From: Lytechinus pictus
Taxonomy: Eukaryota
Assembly (NCBI RefSeq): GCF_037042905.1
Contig: NC_087245.1
Span: 17,362,001 to 17,422,000, forward strand
DNA length: 60,000 bases
Direction of reading: 5' to 3'
Shown here: piece by piece, positions 1-13,379 of the stretch
Layout: every line of letters begins with the position of its first letter
How positions within the stretch are numbered: the first letter of the stretch is position 1
The notes under the pieces: model-generated
Told to the model about the DNA's origin: nothing
Seen by the model: the letters and a program-made list of their open reading frames with translations, nothing else
The model's database searches: none
Program-made: the position numbers and the translations under genes

Positions 1-497
1 TCGTCAAAATGTAATGTGATATATACAGCATTTGAAATTTAAAAACAGTAACAAGCGATTTGAAAACGATAGAACCGTTGACGTCACCTACTCACTATTT
101 ATTTTGTATTTCATTATACTGTTATATGAAACGTGAAAACATTCAGATCTTTCTTCTGAAAGTAAAAATAGAATGATTTTCACGCCACTTTAGGCATCAT
201 ATGCAATCGAAGTAATAGTATCTCAAGTTTCAATCAACAGCTTTTTTATTATCGAACCTACAAACTCTGTAAACAATTGATCTTTCATATAATATGATAA
301 AAAAGGAAAGTTGAGTGTTTGATATCATCGCTCCTCTTATTTAGATGTTGCCCGTAATATAAATGAGAGTCTTGTGATAAACTTTTTAGTGTCGTTGCTT
401 ACTCTTATTCTTACTTTAAATCCAAGTTTGATTGCCTGTTGGATTTTTGTTTCTCTATTCAAATTGAAATGTAGTTTGGATGAACTTGACCTTTTAA
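1..497. mobile_element. Partial degenerate Kolobok-like MITE (same family as 44732-45571)
   Basis: Shares ctcactattt...ttgtattt and ends TGAACTTGACCT-TTTAA. Confidence 0.65.
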
Positions 498-1965
498 GCA
501 TTACAAATATGTTCAGCAGCTTCTAAGACAATGATAAAGAGTATACATGTAATTGCAGGAGTAACAGTTGTAGTATCAATTGCTGATTGTTGTGTTGTGT
601 ATATAAATTAGTAAATCATGTTCACAATTAATATCGAACATATAAATCAATTAAATGCTAACATTGTTATCATTATCCTTTAATTATCGTGATTATGTTC
701 ATCAGTTTTGTTATTCTTTACTATTGTGGATGACAAGATTTGGAAAAAATAATAATTAAAGATCAACAATTATTACCAAAACGAAGGAGCTCATTCGATG
801 CTCGAATCCTTTGGAACATAGATAATCCGAGAAATCAAATAAATTAGAATATCTCTTCTTTTTTTTCTTTAAAAAATTTTCTTTCAGCATAAGAATTTTA
901 AATTTCACTGCCATTCAGCAACGTTACGAAACCAACAAATCTGGCGAGGACTTGCTTGGTCATGGTGTATAATTTGAGGGGAAATTGTGAGCGAACGACG
1001 TGAGCGAGCCAAAATATAAGGCAACGTAATAAAATCAAAGATTAATTTCATAATTTAATCGCGGTAAGATATTTAGGAAAATTCGATGAAAATTATGACA
1101 CTGACAAATAAAATGAATTAACCCCCTCAAAATAGAATATGAGCGCCAGTAGCCTCCTCGAATTCCCACCAGTATTATTATTATCATTTTAATTGATTTT
1201 TTTTATTCAAGGGCACTTCACGTCTATCCCGTATACTCATTATGTAGTGATGTATTGGAATATCGTCACCTAAGCATTCTATGACTTCTTATAAGTTCAC
1301 ACATAATTCATTGTGTCTATTAATGTCGATTGTTTTAATTCGGTTGCTTTTTATCTGTTAACAGCGGATGTGGGGTTATGAACTGCCGGTATAATAGGCA
1401 CGAACTGATAATCGGATGTCCGATGTGGTTTAACATTACTAATCATTCCGCTGCATGCCCTTCTGGAATATTTACAGAAAATAAACAAATGACAAATCAT
1501 AAACAATGTTTCAGTTTGCTATAAAGTGTAATGGACTCCAGGTCTCCCCTCTATTGTAAACACCTAACGTGAGGGGGTGGTAGGTGATTCATTAAGTGGG
1601 ACAGCATGGACATGGTTTTATCATCATTACTACGCTCAAAAGGACAAAATGTTTCAACTTTGCACCTTTGAAATATGTATCCCGATGCCACACGGGGCAC
1701 TTTGCATGTTTCTGGTCTTGGTGCAAATATGCATCTTAGCAATCATACCCAAAAGGTGGGAAATTCCACCTGAAAAAAAAAAGACGTGCTCCCGGCACGG
1801 GGACATGTGCTCTTCATTGTTGGCATTAGCTCCCTGTCTGGTATATGTTCTCTCCGGTCTGGTGTTGGTTGCATATTTATATGTAGTGACTCTTGTATCT
1901 GTATGATCAATTGATCTTGTATCTATTGATCAGGCGCAGATCTTTATCCTAAAATCGGTCTGATG

Positions 1966-3024
1966 CAGTCAGTCCGCAAGCCCCTGTGTTAATGAGCAAA
2001 TGAGCAAGATTTATCCAAGTCCTCTCGTGGCTGAACTCATGTCCCTGCAAAATCTCGTGAATTGTGAGACTTTCTTTCTCAAAGAATTTAACCAATTTCT
2101 CCTTGAGTAATATTGATTATTTTTGTACCATGAGCAAGGGTAAATGTTACCCTTTTATATTGGTCATTTCTTTTGAATGAAATATTTTGATAAATAAGTG
2201 AATTTTTTACCTGAAAAGATGCATCAAACAGAATTTTCTTCCTCTGTTTTCACTTGCAAATTGTGCAACATTTTGTGTTTTAGGCACCAACATTATTTAT
2301 ATCATCAGAAAGCTCAAACTCTATACTTTCTTAAAATGTCACTCTTGATATGTGGCATCTTTTAGATGGGTCAGCAGCCAGTTATTTCCATCAAGATGCA
2401 AGACGAGATTTCTGAAATTTCTGAGTAACATAAAATCCAGAGTTCTGATTGGCTGAATACTGTTTTCAAAACAAACAGGCGCGGGTAATTTGAAGAGATT
2501 ACCACATGGTGAGTGTGACCTTGCAGAGGCCCAGTGTGGGAACATTGGAATTTGCGTGGGTGTGTGGTCACTATGACCAATCAGAGCGCAGTATTCTTGT
2601 TTTTGAGCTGCAAAATGTACTTGGCCTATGAAAAGCTGGCTGCTGACCCATCTAAAATACATCTTCTTATAAAAATTATATCATATTAAAGCTTAGATCT
2701 TCAGCTTTGTGCCCAAACAGAAATTAAGTGTGAAAACAACAACTTTTGTTGCATGAAAAAAAATATTTTGTTTCATGTTTTAGATCAAAAGTTTTTCCTA
2801 TATTACATTCTTTTAAAAATCCAAACACATGACCTAAAAGAATGATTCTTCTTCTTTACAAAGATACCAAAAACATGAAATTTTGTCAATATTTAGAGCA
2901 GCAATGGCCGAATAAAAAGAGGTATTTTGGTTCGCACCAAGCTCATTAACTATGCAAAAACCCTCTTGTCATGAATATCACTTGGATAAAAGAAGCTACT
3001 TTTTCAGGGCTTGCGGACTGACTG
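1966..3024. mobile_element. Non-autonomous TIR element with 4-bp TSD (GATG)
   Basis: TIR CAGTCAGTCCGCAAGCCC / GGGCTTGCGGACTGACTG; GATG at 1962-1965 and 3025-3028; internal perfect 22-bp inverted repeat at 2360-2381 / 2636-2657. Confidence 0.85.
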
Positions 3025-4919
3025 GATGCTGGTTAAAGATGCGTTCTCGTGTCTTTGTCATGTCGGGATCACGCTAGCCTGATGCCAGTATTCTATTGGT
3101 CTGGCGCCGGTTTGTTAAAGTCTGATGGTGGTTTGGTGTCAGTCTGGTAGTGTCTTGATATCACTCTGCAGTTAGTCTGTTGCTGGTTAGAAATCGGTTC
3201 GCTGACGGCCCGATGTCAATCTGGTCAGGATGGCGGCTGGCACATGCTCTATACTATCTGCCTCTTTCTGCATATAGATTTTAAGACAACTAAACGGAAT
3301 CACAACGTTTTTTTTCCCTTTTTAAATATTCACTTAGATAATCATTTTAAGTCAAATACACGTACTAACATGATTAATAAATTTCATTCATAGAACTAAA
3401 TAAAATCACTTCTCTATTGTTTTACAGTTATAATATAGATTTTCCCGCTCAATTTCGGATTCAAATCATTATGATCATTAATTTTTTTATGATCTTCAAT
3501 TTCGCGATAGCCATGATCGCTTAGGCAATTTGTCATTGTATTTCATTATTTGTCACTTCGAAAGCATAACAATTATCCGCATGTGGGTTCATTATCTCTG
3601 CAAAACATTCTTCAAGTAAATCACTTGAATTTTTACAAAGAGCATGCATTTTTTTTAGGTTGTCAAAACTTTCCTAACAAAATTCCCCCCCCCCCCCCAC
3701 CTGAAAAATCAATGATCCGCCCTTGGGACTTGTAAAAACGTTGAAAAGAACAAAAAAGAAGTAAGCATTAATGAAAATGCTCACATAGTCAGCATTGTCG
3801 GGTGAAACGGAAAACATAGAGTTGCCCTTAACACCTTTGTAAACGAAACGTAAAAACCCCAAAAGATGACCCCCAAAAGAAATATGGTGAGAATTAAGGA
3901 AATTGTAGAATTCAAATTTGGGTTAAATTATCTAATTTAGCCTCAATGCATAAAAATTATATTATAAATACGTTTATACATTTACATATTAGATACAAAT
4001 GCCATGCAAAACAAACAAATTACATATTATTAATTTGAAATTTCAAAAATAAAATTGGTTGCTCAAGCAATCCCATCGGCCATTGTTGATTACATTGAGT
4101 GCGCAATCCCTGAATTTCATTGCCCAACATTATGAATTTAAAAGTACATTCGCCAACTTGTGATAACATTGACGAACCTCTTTGCCATAGAAAGAAAACA
4201 AAATCACGTGACAAATATTGAAATGATCAAATTTTAGAGAGTCTAGACCATAGATTTATTGAAATGATTATAAATGAATTATAGTGTCTTTAAATGAATC
4301 TCATTGTCTGATTTCAAAATTTGAAATACCGATATCTCCGGGAAAACAATAACGCGTGAATTGAAATGCACATTAATAAATTTAAGTGACTCCTTTATGA
4401 AATTGGACGGGAAAACCTATAATAGTAATAATAATAACCAGCATTTATATCACATGGTTTACAAACGATAAGCATCAAATACATAATAATTACAATACAA
4501 ATGCATATACAAAAGATATAAAGGGAAATGACTAATTGGAAAAGAGGTATGTTTGAAGAACATTGTAACGTTTCTATAAACAATGGAAAAGATCAGATTC
4601 GTCAGCTTTTCATAATTGACTGTCACATTCATAACATAGAAATGTAACGTGTTTCTCGGCCCTGTCAAACTATTCTTAAATTTCGTCTTAAAAAGTCTTT
4701 GTAACTCTGTGGAAACGCTTAATAAGCACAGTTTCTGCTATTCGTTTGTTTGTGGTATAGAATCTTGTTGATTCTTGATTCTTTTCGCATTGATTTTCCT
4801 TGGGATCATCTTTGCACTGACATGATTTCGGGGCATGCACAACCACTTAGCGCATATGTAACGTAACGTAATCAATCAACAACAAAAAATAGGTCTAAGG
4901 GATGACTTCTTGCATCTTA

Positions 4920-5335
4920 AGGCCACCGCACACCTTACGACTGGTCTCCGACCCGATTTCAGAATAAAATGTAATATAATTTGATGCTAATATTGAGACT
5001 TGGAATAAGTTACTGTGTAATGTTCGAAATCATCGTACGAATACCTATGATCAAATTTGTGACTATGCTATCATCATTCTTAGAATAAAAGCGAATTTAA
5101 TATCTAGTCGTAATGACGTCACAGCAGTCTTACGATTGGCTACGATTTGAAACTAATTTGGACTTTACTCCAAAATAAGGGCTTGCAATTTTTCAAAATT
5201 GTTATAATATAATTATTTCAATTAATTCTAACCTCAAATAAAATGATATGTTCCATTCACATCTTCAGATAATGAGCAAAACGTGATTTGTTCCAAAATC
5301 GGGTCGCAGACCAGTCGTAAGGTGTGCGGTCGCCT
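4920..5335. mobile_element. PIF/Harbinger-like MITE
   Basis: TIRs of about 40 bp AGGCCACCGCACACCTTACGACTGGTCT...; TTA on both flanks. Confidence 0.85.
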
Positions 5336-5672
5336 TTATGTTGGATGATATTTAACAACCTTTTTAGGAAAATGCTCCCAAAGAGAGAACGTATTAATAA
5401 TATCGATTTAGAGTGGCACAATTCTTTTTACGATCAAAATGCATGGTGACAAAAATGTGTATTTTTAGCTAAAACTGGTTACCTTTACGGCATAAAATGA
5501 TGTTGAAATGTCAGTTTGAATAGTATAATTGTGGGCTACTGCCGTGAAAATACCAGATTAATATGTCACAACATAATGAAGGAATTACACTCAAAGTTCA
5601 TTTCGTTTTAATTCATTCGTAATAAAGCCAATCTACGGGGGTTTTGGTTGGTACATACATACATGTGAGGAA

Positions 5673-5820
5673 TGTGTGTCAGGGTATGTGTGTGTGAGGG
5701 AGTGTGTGTGTGTGGGTGGGTGGGTGAGGGTGTGTGTGTGTGTGAGAGAGAGAGTGTGTGTGTGTGTTTGTATGTGGTGTGTGGGTTGGAGTTATGAGAG
5801 CGTGAGTGTGTGTGCGTGAG
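5673..5820. repeat. Imperfect (GT)n/(GA)n microsatellite
   Basis: Directly visible. Confidence 0.9.
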
Positions 5821-7229
5821 CGCGATCAAATAGGTTTTCACCCGAAACGTGTATCAAGATGTATTGGTTTGCATCTAGGGACCAAACTTAACCGTCCTTA
5901 TTCAAAAGAACACAGGTTCAATGATTTTGTTTGAGGCGGCAGCTCGCTTACACTGCTAGTAGATGACATGCACAAACTACTCGTGTTTGTGCTTTTCGAA
6001 AATTGTCTGCAATGTCCAGGTTACATTCGTCAAATGTTCAAATGAATATAAGATATAGAATCATTAAACAAATCTTCATCAAACTGGATGAGGGAATGCA
6101 CTTGACCATTTTGGGGATAACAATGTCTGTCTGGTCATAAGTATGAACTATTATGATAGGTCAATAGAGCTTTTATATCGTAATCAACAAATGTTTCTAC
6201 TTTGACTAACCACATCTATGGTAGATGTAGACATAGTGTACAAATTTAAGATGAGTGAGATTTTTGGATAGCAGGAAATATGATATTGTATGAATAAAGA
6301 AAATAGTATATTTACGGGTATTATACAAATTTCTACCTTATCTCTGATCAATAGGCTAAGAATAAGCTCTAAACAATACAAACTATTTTAATTTCAAATC
6401 GTGTGGTTAGCTCTTACTTGAGAACGTCTTCATCGATGACTATTTTTTAATTGATGACCATTCCTATTTCCCATGAATAAGTCACGTGAAAATTAGAGCA
6501 TGCATAATCATTTTGATATTCCAATGATATTTATGTTTTATTCAAAACCCATTACTAATTCTTAGTGAAGCTAAATGTTTTCTCTTCTTCATTCTAATGG
6601 ATATCTAGTTTATATCTGTATGCTTTCATGTTAGAACAGGGGCCAGTCTTTCAAATTCCAAAGAATTCGTATCACTGAAGGATATAGGTGATACCTTTCG
6701 ATAATTCAGCTACCTTTAATGTCTTCATAGAAGTTGACATTGATTAGAAACATAATAAAGTTAGTTTTTAAAACTGTCTAAGAATAAAAGAAAAGTTTTC
6801 TCTTGGCAATATAGACAAGATATTAAAAATAAAGTTTTCTATCTAGGTGGAGACGCATTTCGATAAAGGTATCATTACAAGGGTAGTCAATGAACATCTA
6901 GGGGTTACTTTGTAATAATATATAGGAGTGTCCTTTCCAGGTCTGTATTAATCAACCATTGTCAATACTAAGTCGTCATCGAAAACTTAACAAAAATACG
7001 ATTGAAATGTGAAGGTTATTGCTAACCATTTTCATTTTCTTGATATTTGAATAGTATGCCAAGACCAGTAAACAATATTTGCGCAACAAGTTTTATGATA
7101 CTGGGTTTTGCGCAATCATAGACCTTTGCAAATTCCCTTTTATCACCTTTCTCATACCCTTTCATTCCATCCTCGATTCTGTGTAGTTGAGAACTCCCAT
7201 TTTCAATGTTTTGTGGTATTAAAATAAAA

Positions 7230-7570
7230 GGCGTCTCTGATGAGTTATGTGAATGAAACAGGAGCGTATTGAGGATACTTGTTCTCGTGCGTGTGCTTGC
7301 GTCCACGAATCTAAAAGCATACGCACGTCTGGTATTAGCATAACAACGTCTACGTCACAAGCCAAGATGATATGTCGACTCGCTATTAATAGAGTGTTGC
7401 ACACGGCACACTATTCTGGTGAGCTGAGGGCTGCCTAGTACATGTAGTATCACCAACTCTCATCAACTACGCACGCAGATGCTTCATGACGTCATCGGAT
7501 CAATAAGCACGCAGGAGAAGCACACTCGGAGAGCACACTCGCCACACAAAAACATAACAGGGGCACTGGC
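7230..7570. promoter_or_regulatory. Distal enhancer-like island (MEF2 plus CRE)
   Basis: Perfect MEF2 palindrome CTATTAATAG 7383-7392, TACGTCA 7351, TGACGTCA 7487-7494. Confidence 0.45.
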
Positions 7571-8534
7571 AGGGGTCTTCTGGTTCTTCTTTTATTTTTT
7601 ATCAATTTTGAATGCAATAAGAAGAATAAAACTGTAACAACTTGCAATGATATAGTGTTTTTAAATAAAGATATTTCACCAGGTCTCTCGAAAGAAATAT
7701 TTGATAAACAGTTTTATCTGCGATATATCAGGTGACCTATAGAATACTAAAAAATGTAAGTTATGAAGCAAAAACTCTTTATAGAAAAGAAAATTATCCT
7801 ACATATTACCTACGAATATCAGTTTAGAAAGAGGCGAGTACCGTATTTCTTTACGTCAGAGAAAGTACATCTTTGCCTTGACAAGCTGATATTTTTCAAG
7901 ATACTAACCAAAGTAAATATACGCAAACTATAAAAGTTAAGGAACATAAAGTCTTCGATGCAAGTTATTCAATGATCTAATACTCTCTCTCTCTCTCTGG
8001 TGCTGAAACCATGTCTCAGCTTTTAGTATATTTAATTCAGAGAAGCACCTTTTTTTGTTGCTGTAATAGCTGATTAATTTATTTTATTCGCCATGAGCGA
8101 TTGTAGGGCGTTGATCGTAAAGTACTATTTATTGCATTCAGACGAAAAATGAAAAAAAAAAGTATACTCACATAAGTTCTAAATCGATCGTTTGCAGCTT
8201 CGATAATGATTGACCATTAGGTTTAAGATAAATGACACTGTAAAAGTCAATAAATTATCCATCAAACAAAGCCCAGTTTGTGTGTTCATGGCAGTAGGAG
8301 AAAAAATGTTACAAAGAGAAAAAGTATTTGTAAGAGAAAAAGTATTTATCTTAATGAGCACCAGTTAAAACCTCAAACTTTGAAATACAGACATATCTAA
8401 TTTATAAGGCGTTGGGACAGTTATTATCAACAGACTAAGAACTCGTCCATTGGCATTATAACTATAATAGCAATACTGGCTCAACATCCATTCAAAATCA
8501 AGGTCACCACGGTAGTAACCTTAATGGAAAAGTA

Positions 8535-8788
8535 CACTCTAAAAAATATTTGGTAAAAATGTTCCATGAGGGTAATTAAGTGTCCAACCAACAGTGGGGA
8601 TTTTGGGGGGCATTTTTATTTAATTGTGTGATGAAAATTTTGCCCGTTCTAAGGTAATTGCTGCTTATTTTTTTTACCTTACTGGATAATATGTTTCCTG
8701 CATTGGGTAATATACTGCCCCAAAGTGGTTGGAAACATAATTGCCCTCGTGGTGGTGAAAATTTTACCCAATATTTCCTTTTACAGTG
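8535..8788. mobile_element. TA-flanked MITE (CACT...AGTG ends), apparently nested in an older Harbinger-like remnant (~8405-8822)
   Basis: TA|CACTCTAAAAAATATTTGGTAAAAAT ... ATTTTACCCAATATTTCCTTTTACAGTG|TA. Confidence 0.7.
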
Positions 8789-9179
8789 TATAGCTCAATC
8801 GTCTTTATGAAAAGGGCCCCTGATGTAATACTGAATATACAATAAGTGAAACAAATTTGAGTGTACAGAATCAGGAAATAACATCCAAAATTCCCAAACG
8901 ACACATATCTTTTATGGATATTTTAAATAAAAAATGGGAAATATATACATCAGAGCACATTGATTCAAGTGAAGAGATACGAGGTTAAGTAGTTTCATGA
9001 ACGAATTTGTTTTGATTTAATCAGTAAACCAATTAGTCACAAACGTAACACTGACTCACTAAAGCCGAAACATGATGGAATCAAGGGAAAAGTAACGACT
9101 TCTTATCGTGCTTATGAAGGATTAAGGTATTTCTCTCAAGGAAAGCTCGTCTTTGTATGATTTCATAATTTAAGAATTT

Positions 9180-9990
9180 GAGCGAAGAGCAAATCCCTCG
9201 ACCCTGTTTTCCCCGGAACTTTCCACGATCCTGTATCGTGGTTTTGTTTCGGTGTGATAGGGGGCAAAAGTGACACCGAGGGCATCATGGTGGTTCATTA
9301 TTAATTTTTAGGCATGTTGGAAAGGTTCCGGGGCGAGAAATTGATAAGTTCCCTCCGGGAGCTAAATGGGTAACTGGTCCTGCTATTTTAAGGGCCAGTC
9401 TGCCGGAGGTTAAAGTGAAGACAACCTGTTCCTACACGATGGAAAAGATATGAGGGCTAACTTTGGAACAAAGCGGAACCTACAAGTTCCACCACGTGAC
9501 CTCATAGAGTCTCGTGACGTCATCATGCTGTGACTGAGTAATGTAGGATAGACCGGAGGAAGTTTTGATCCACAGAGTCATGAACTTAGTTCACTTTATC
9601 AACCAATCATATCGCGGATGCCAGAGCAGTACTCGTCTCCTTGCGATTGTACACGTAATTATGGGAGAGAAGGGAGTACTATTTTAAAACTTTGTTTTTC
9701 TTCCTCGATCTTTCTACTCCTGGTCCCCTGCTGTATTGTATCAATCTCCTTTCAATGTTGTATCTTCGTTTAGGCGGATAAGAGATAGGACGGGAAAGCA
9801 GTTACAGTGATGACGTACTCGGGACTTGCTGTAAACCGCTTCGAGACTTGCACAAACTTCCACTCTGTCTTGCGCGTGATTTCCGACCTCCACCTTACCC
9901 CTCTCTCCCCCCGGAACTTTATCAAGTTATAGAGGCGGGGATATACCCGTATATATTTAGCGGGACTTCACATGAACGAGCCTCAATTAC
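9180..9990 (+). promoter_or_regulatory. Promoter/enhancer island upstream of the candidate exon at 10082
   Basis: CACGTG 9493, TGACGTCA 9515-9522, CCAAT ~9603, TGACGTA ~9811, GC box ~9932, TATA 9950; GC-richer than flanks. Confidence 0.55.
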
Positions 9991-10081
9991 TTGGGATTAC
10001 TTCGTTGTTTAATACCATCCCATTTGGGGGCGCAAATGTTGGACGTAGTTTAGTGATTAACATTGATGTCAAGCTGCTTCC

Positions 10082-10220
10082 ATGTACTGTCAACGTTCGG
10101 ATAATGGATACAATCCTCAGTTGGAACTATCTTACATGGCATACTTAGCCTGGTCAACTGCCCTCGACAATTATGACTGGTATGATCTGTCAATCTTCGA
10201 AGATCCGTATTACGCAACAG
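10082..10220 (+). CDS. Candidate distal alternative first coding exon of NR4A (MYCQRSDNGYNPQLELSYMAYLAWSTALDNYDWYDLSIFEDPYYAT-G)
   Basis: ATG at 10082, open for 46 codons + 1 nt to ACAG|gtgggc (phase 1, matches acceptor 26856). Preceded by GC box (~9932) and TATATATTTAG (9950). Confidence 0.6.
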
Positions 10221-12040
10221 GTGGGCTTAGCCGAAGAGTTGCTTTCATCCTGCATTGACATCAAATATCAAATCTGCTGAATTATGAATTTTATTCATTG
10301 CGGTTACGCTTATTCTTATTTGCTTTTATACGCATGTCCATATGCAGATTAATTCAATAACATTCGTAGTGCTTTAAGATGAATAATTTTCACATGCATC
10401 ATTTGCTTCTTTCAAAAAAGTACTTTTAATAACTTCAATAGTTAGAATTAATTTCGCATGTTTATTTACAAATATAGATCTTCTGTTGTTAACTTATACT
10501 AGTTTTTTTCTTTCAGATCACTTTCGATTTGAGGAAAAATTGTATCTTATTTTTGTTTAATTTTGTTGAATATAGCCAACAGGGCCATTCTATATACATT
10601 GTGTTACTTTCGTGGACCTCTCTTCCTTCCCTAATGTCTCTTTTCGTGTCACCGGGCCCCATCGCACTATAAATCTACAGTTATTTTGTCATAATGTTGC
10701 TACAAAACTTAAGGTGGCTTAATGTGTAAATGAAGATCTGCCGTGGTTAACTTGAAATGTAGTAAGAAACGATTAGGCAACCTGTCTCTTTATGTACAAC
10801 CTACTTCAGAGTGTAAATCATATTCACATCTCTGTATAATGACCAACTTGAGAATCGTTTCAGTTAGGACTTATATGGGGAAAACAATTAAGCTTAATGA
10901 TCGTAATGATAATGATGATAATAAAACTAATGATGATGATAATAAGAACAAAAACAATATGGATAGTAATTTTTAAACTATAATATTAATTAGTATTTAA
11001 TGATAACTATAATTATAGTAATAACAGTAGTTACATAGAATGAAAACTGCAAATATGAAGGCAGATATTTTCTCAATTGAAGCAAGTTCTAATACGAGGA
11101 AGACATCATATGATGTTAACTCTGTTTTTACGCGCAAATTTTAAAGCGCGTGTTAAATTAAAAAAATATATACTATAGCTCCGTCTCAGATTTCTGATCT
11201 GTCTTCAAATCGGCCAAAACTTTTTGAAATGCTATTACACATTAACTATTGTTTTAACTATGCGGGTAATCTTCCTGAGGATTATTGCCGAAGAAGTAAT
11301 TGCCAAGACATGAGATTGTTAAAACTTTTGATAATATAAAATATTTTGATCTGAAAACAATAGCACTACACACATTATTCGAAACGTCACACTCCGATTC
11401 CTTAAAAAAGCCTTTAAAATGGGCATGAGTTGTCACTATTGATTCAAAGTTGCGATAATAATATGTATCCTCAAACATTCCCATAAATTGTTCCTAAACC
11501 TCATACAAAATGACATTAATAACCGCTGACCCCAAGCGAAATCTTTGTAGTTGAAAGCAAATCTAAAATTGAGAAAGAAGTTGAAGGTTCAAAACCTCTT
11601 GCGGGTAATGAATTTAAAATATAACAGAATCAACTCATCATTGACAATATACGAAATTAACCAAGACTTCGAAAATAACACCATATTACAAATAAAATTT
11701 AGTATCATCAATAAAAGCACAGTAGAAAAAATATGTTCAGACTAGTGGCAGTCAGAAAGACAGAATTAAGTATATACGAGGATTTTTTCACTTAGAAATC
11801 GATAAACCAAGTACGTATCAATTAATGTCTTTTGTAAATGCTCTTGAAATAATTATATTTTTGTTGGTATTTGATTAATCATGTTAACGGCGAAACCATC
11901 CATGAATTCATACATTTTGGTACTTGGTTTAGAGCTTAAAACTTTTAGATTTTAAAGAATCATTAACAAATATTATATGGCTTTGATTCACAAGAAGTTT
12001 AAATAACTATTCATGGAATACTGCATAATTATTTCTAATA

Positions 12041-12610
12041 TGCCAAGTCCACCTCGACTCAAGTTTTTTTTTTTGAATAAGTACAAAAATCAAACCATTA
12101 TAACAATGGAAATTTTTGCTAATCAGATGCAAAATAAGAAAGTTATGATATTTTAAAATTCGCTTATATTTATGTATGTAATAAAGAGAGAGAAACTCAC
12201 AATCAACATCTTGAGCGATATGCAAATAAGAGAACAAATGACAAACACACTATCTGTGTTGTATTTTAATTATAAAATATGAAATATTCAAGTTTCTCCT
12301 CCAATAATGTCAGGATTGGTTTGATTTACCCATGGAACATTTAAAATCGTCATTATCACAATTCCATAAAGCAATGAGGATCCTATTTATCATCAAATCG
12401 ATTGAAAATATAGAATTTTAAACACATTTCATGTAATGAAAAAAAAAATGTAATTGCGTCATTAACCTCCTGATTTGCATACCGACCATACTAACGAAAA
12501 TATGCTTAAATTGGAATAGCATAAGTTTATTATTATATTTTCAGTTCTATGCGTGTATACGGTCTTTTTTATTCAAATCAACATACTGTTGGGTGAACAT
12601 GTCCTCATAA
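12041..12610. mobile_element. Degenerate Kolobok-like MITE copy
   Basis: CAAGTCCACC ... aaaataagaaagttatga ... GGGTGAACATGTCCT, similar to 44732-45571. Confidence 0.6.
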
Positions 12611-13379
12611 GATGATATCACTCATTTATTTATCCCTTTTAGCTGAAAAGACGAATTGATTATTAGCCACATAAAAACAATGTAAGAAATCAATTCGATA
12701 TAAATGTGACTTAACATTTACTGAATAATATCGCATATGTCAAAAAATCAAGGCTTATTTCACTTAGAACACATTTTATTATTTGTTTTGGTCATTGTCT
12801 TTTCCCTTTATTTTCCTTCGCCAACATGTTTTTTTTTTATTTGGTAATATAACAATTATCAATCCAATCATTCTGTAGTAAGAAAATATGATATTAGTGT
12901 ATCGAATCCATTCTAAATCACATTTTCCACTCTGTACTTTTGTTGAGGACAAATCGCAAAGATTTCCATTATTTTTGTAATAGTTTCTCCGCTGACAGTG
13001 TATATTCTCGGTACATAATTATAATACTTTCTGCACTGCAGATACATACACCCCAGCCGCATTGCACTCTATCTACACATTTATAGGTACTGGTGTGTAT
13101 TCACACATACGAGGGAAATGAATGCCCATTTCTGCCGTTCGTGTGTATGGTACATGGACATAGTAGTTGTTTGATCATTTATGCTATCCTTGAAATCTAA
13201 CGTAGATATTGAATAAGCGGGGATAGGGATTTGTATTTTCTCTTGTTTTTAGCAGTTTTTCATTAGTAGCTATAATTTGGTTTGTTCTATCTGACCGGTC
13301 ATTATTTCTTCTAACAGGTGCTAGGTATGTGTGTATCACCTATTAGCTATTCTTGCACACCGTGTTATTTTTGGAGGGG

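Noticed and set aside
79..5121. CRE motifs at 79 and 5114 (also 45381) as part of NR4A regulation
   Set aside because: All lie inside MITE copies, so they were excluded from the enrichment argument.
5608..5841. His/Thr-rich ORF (also 22307-22534)
   Set aside because: Translation of (CA)n microsatellites.
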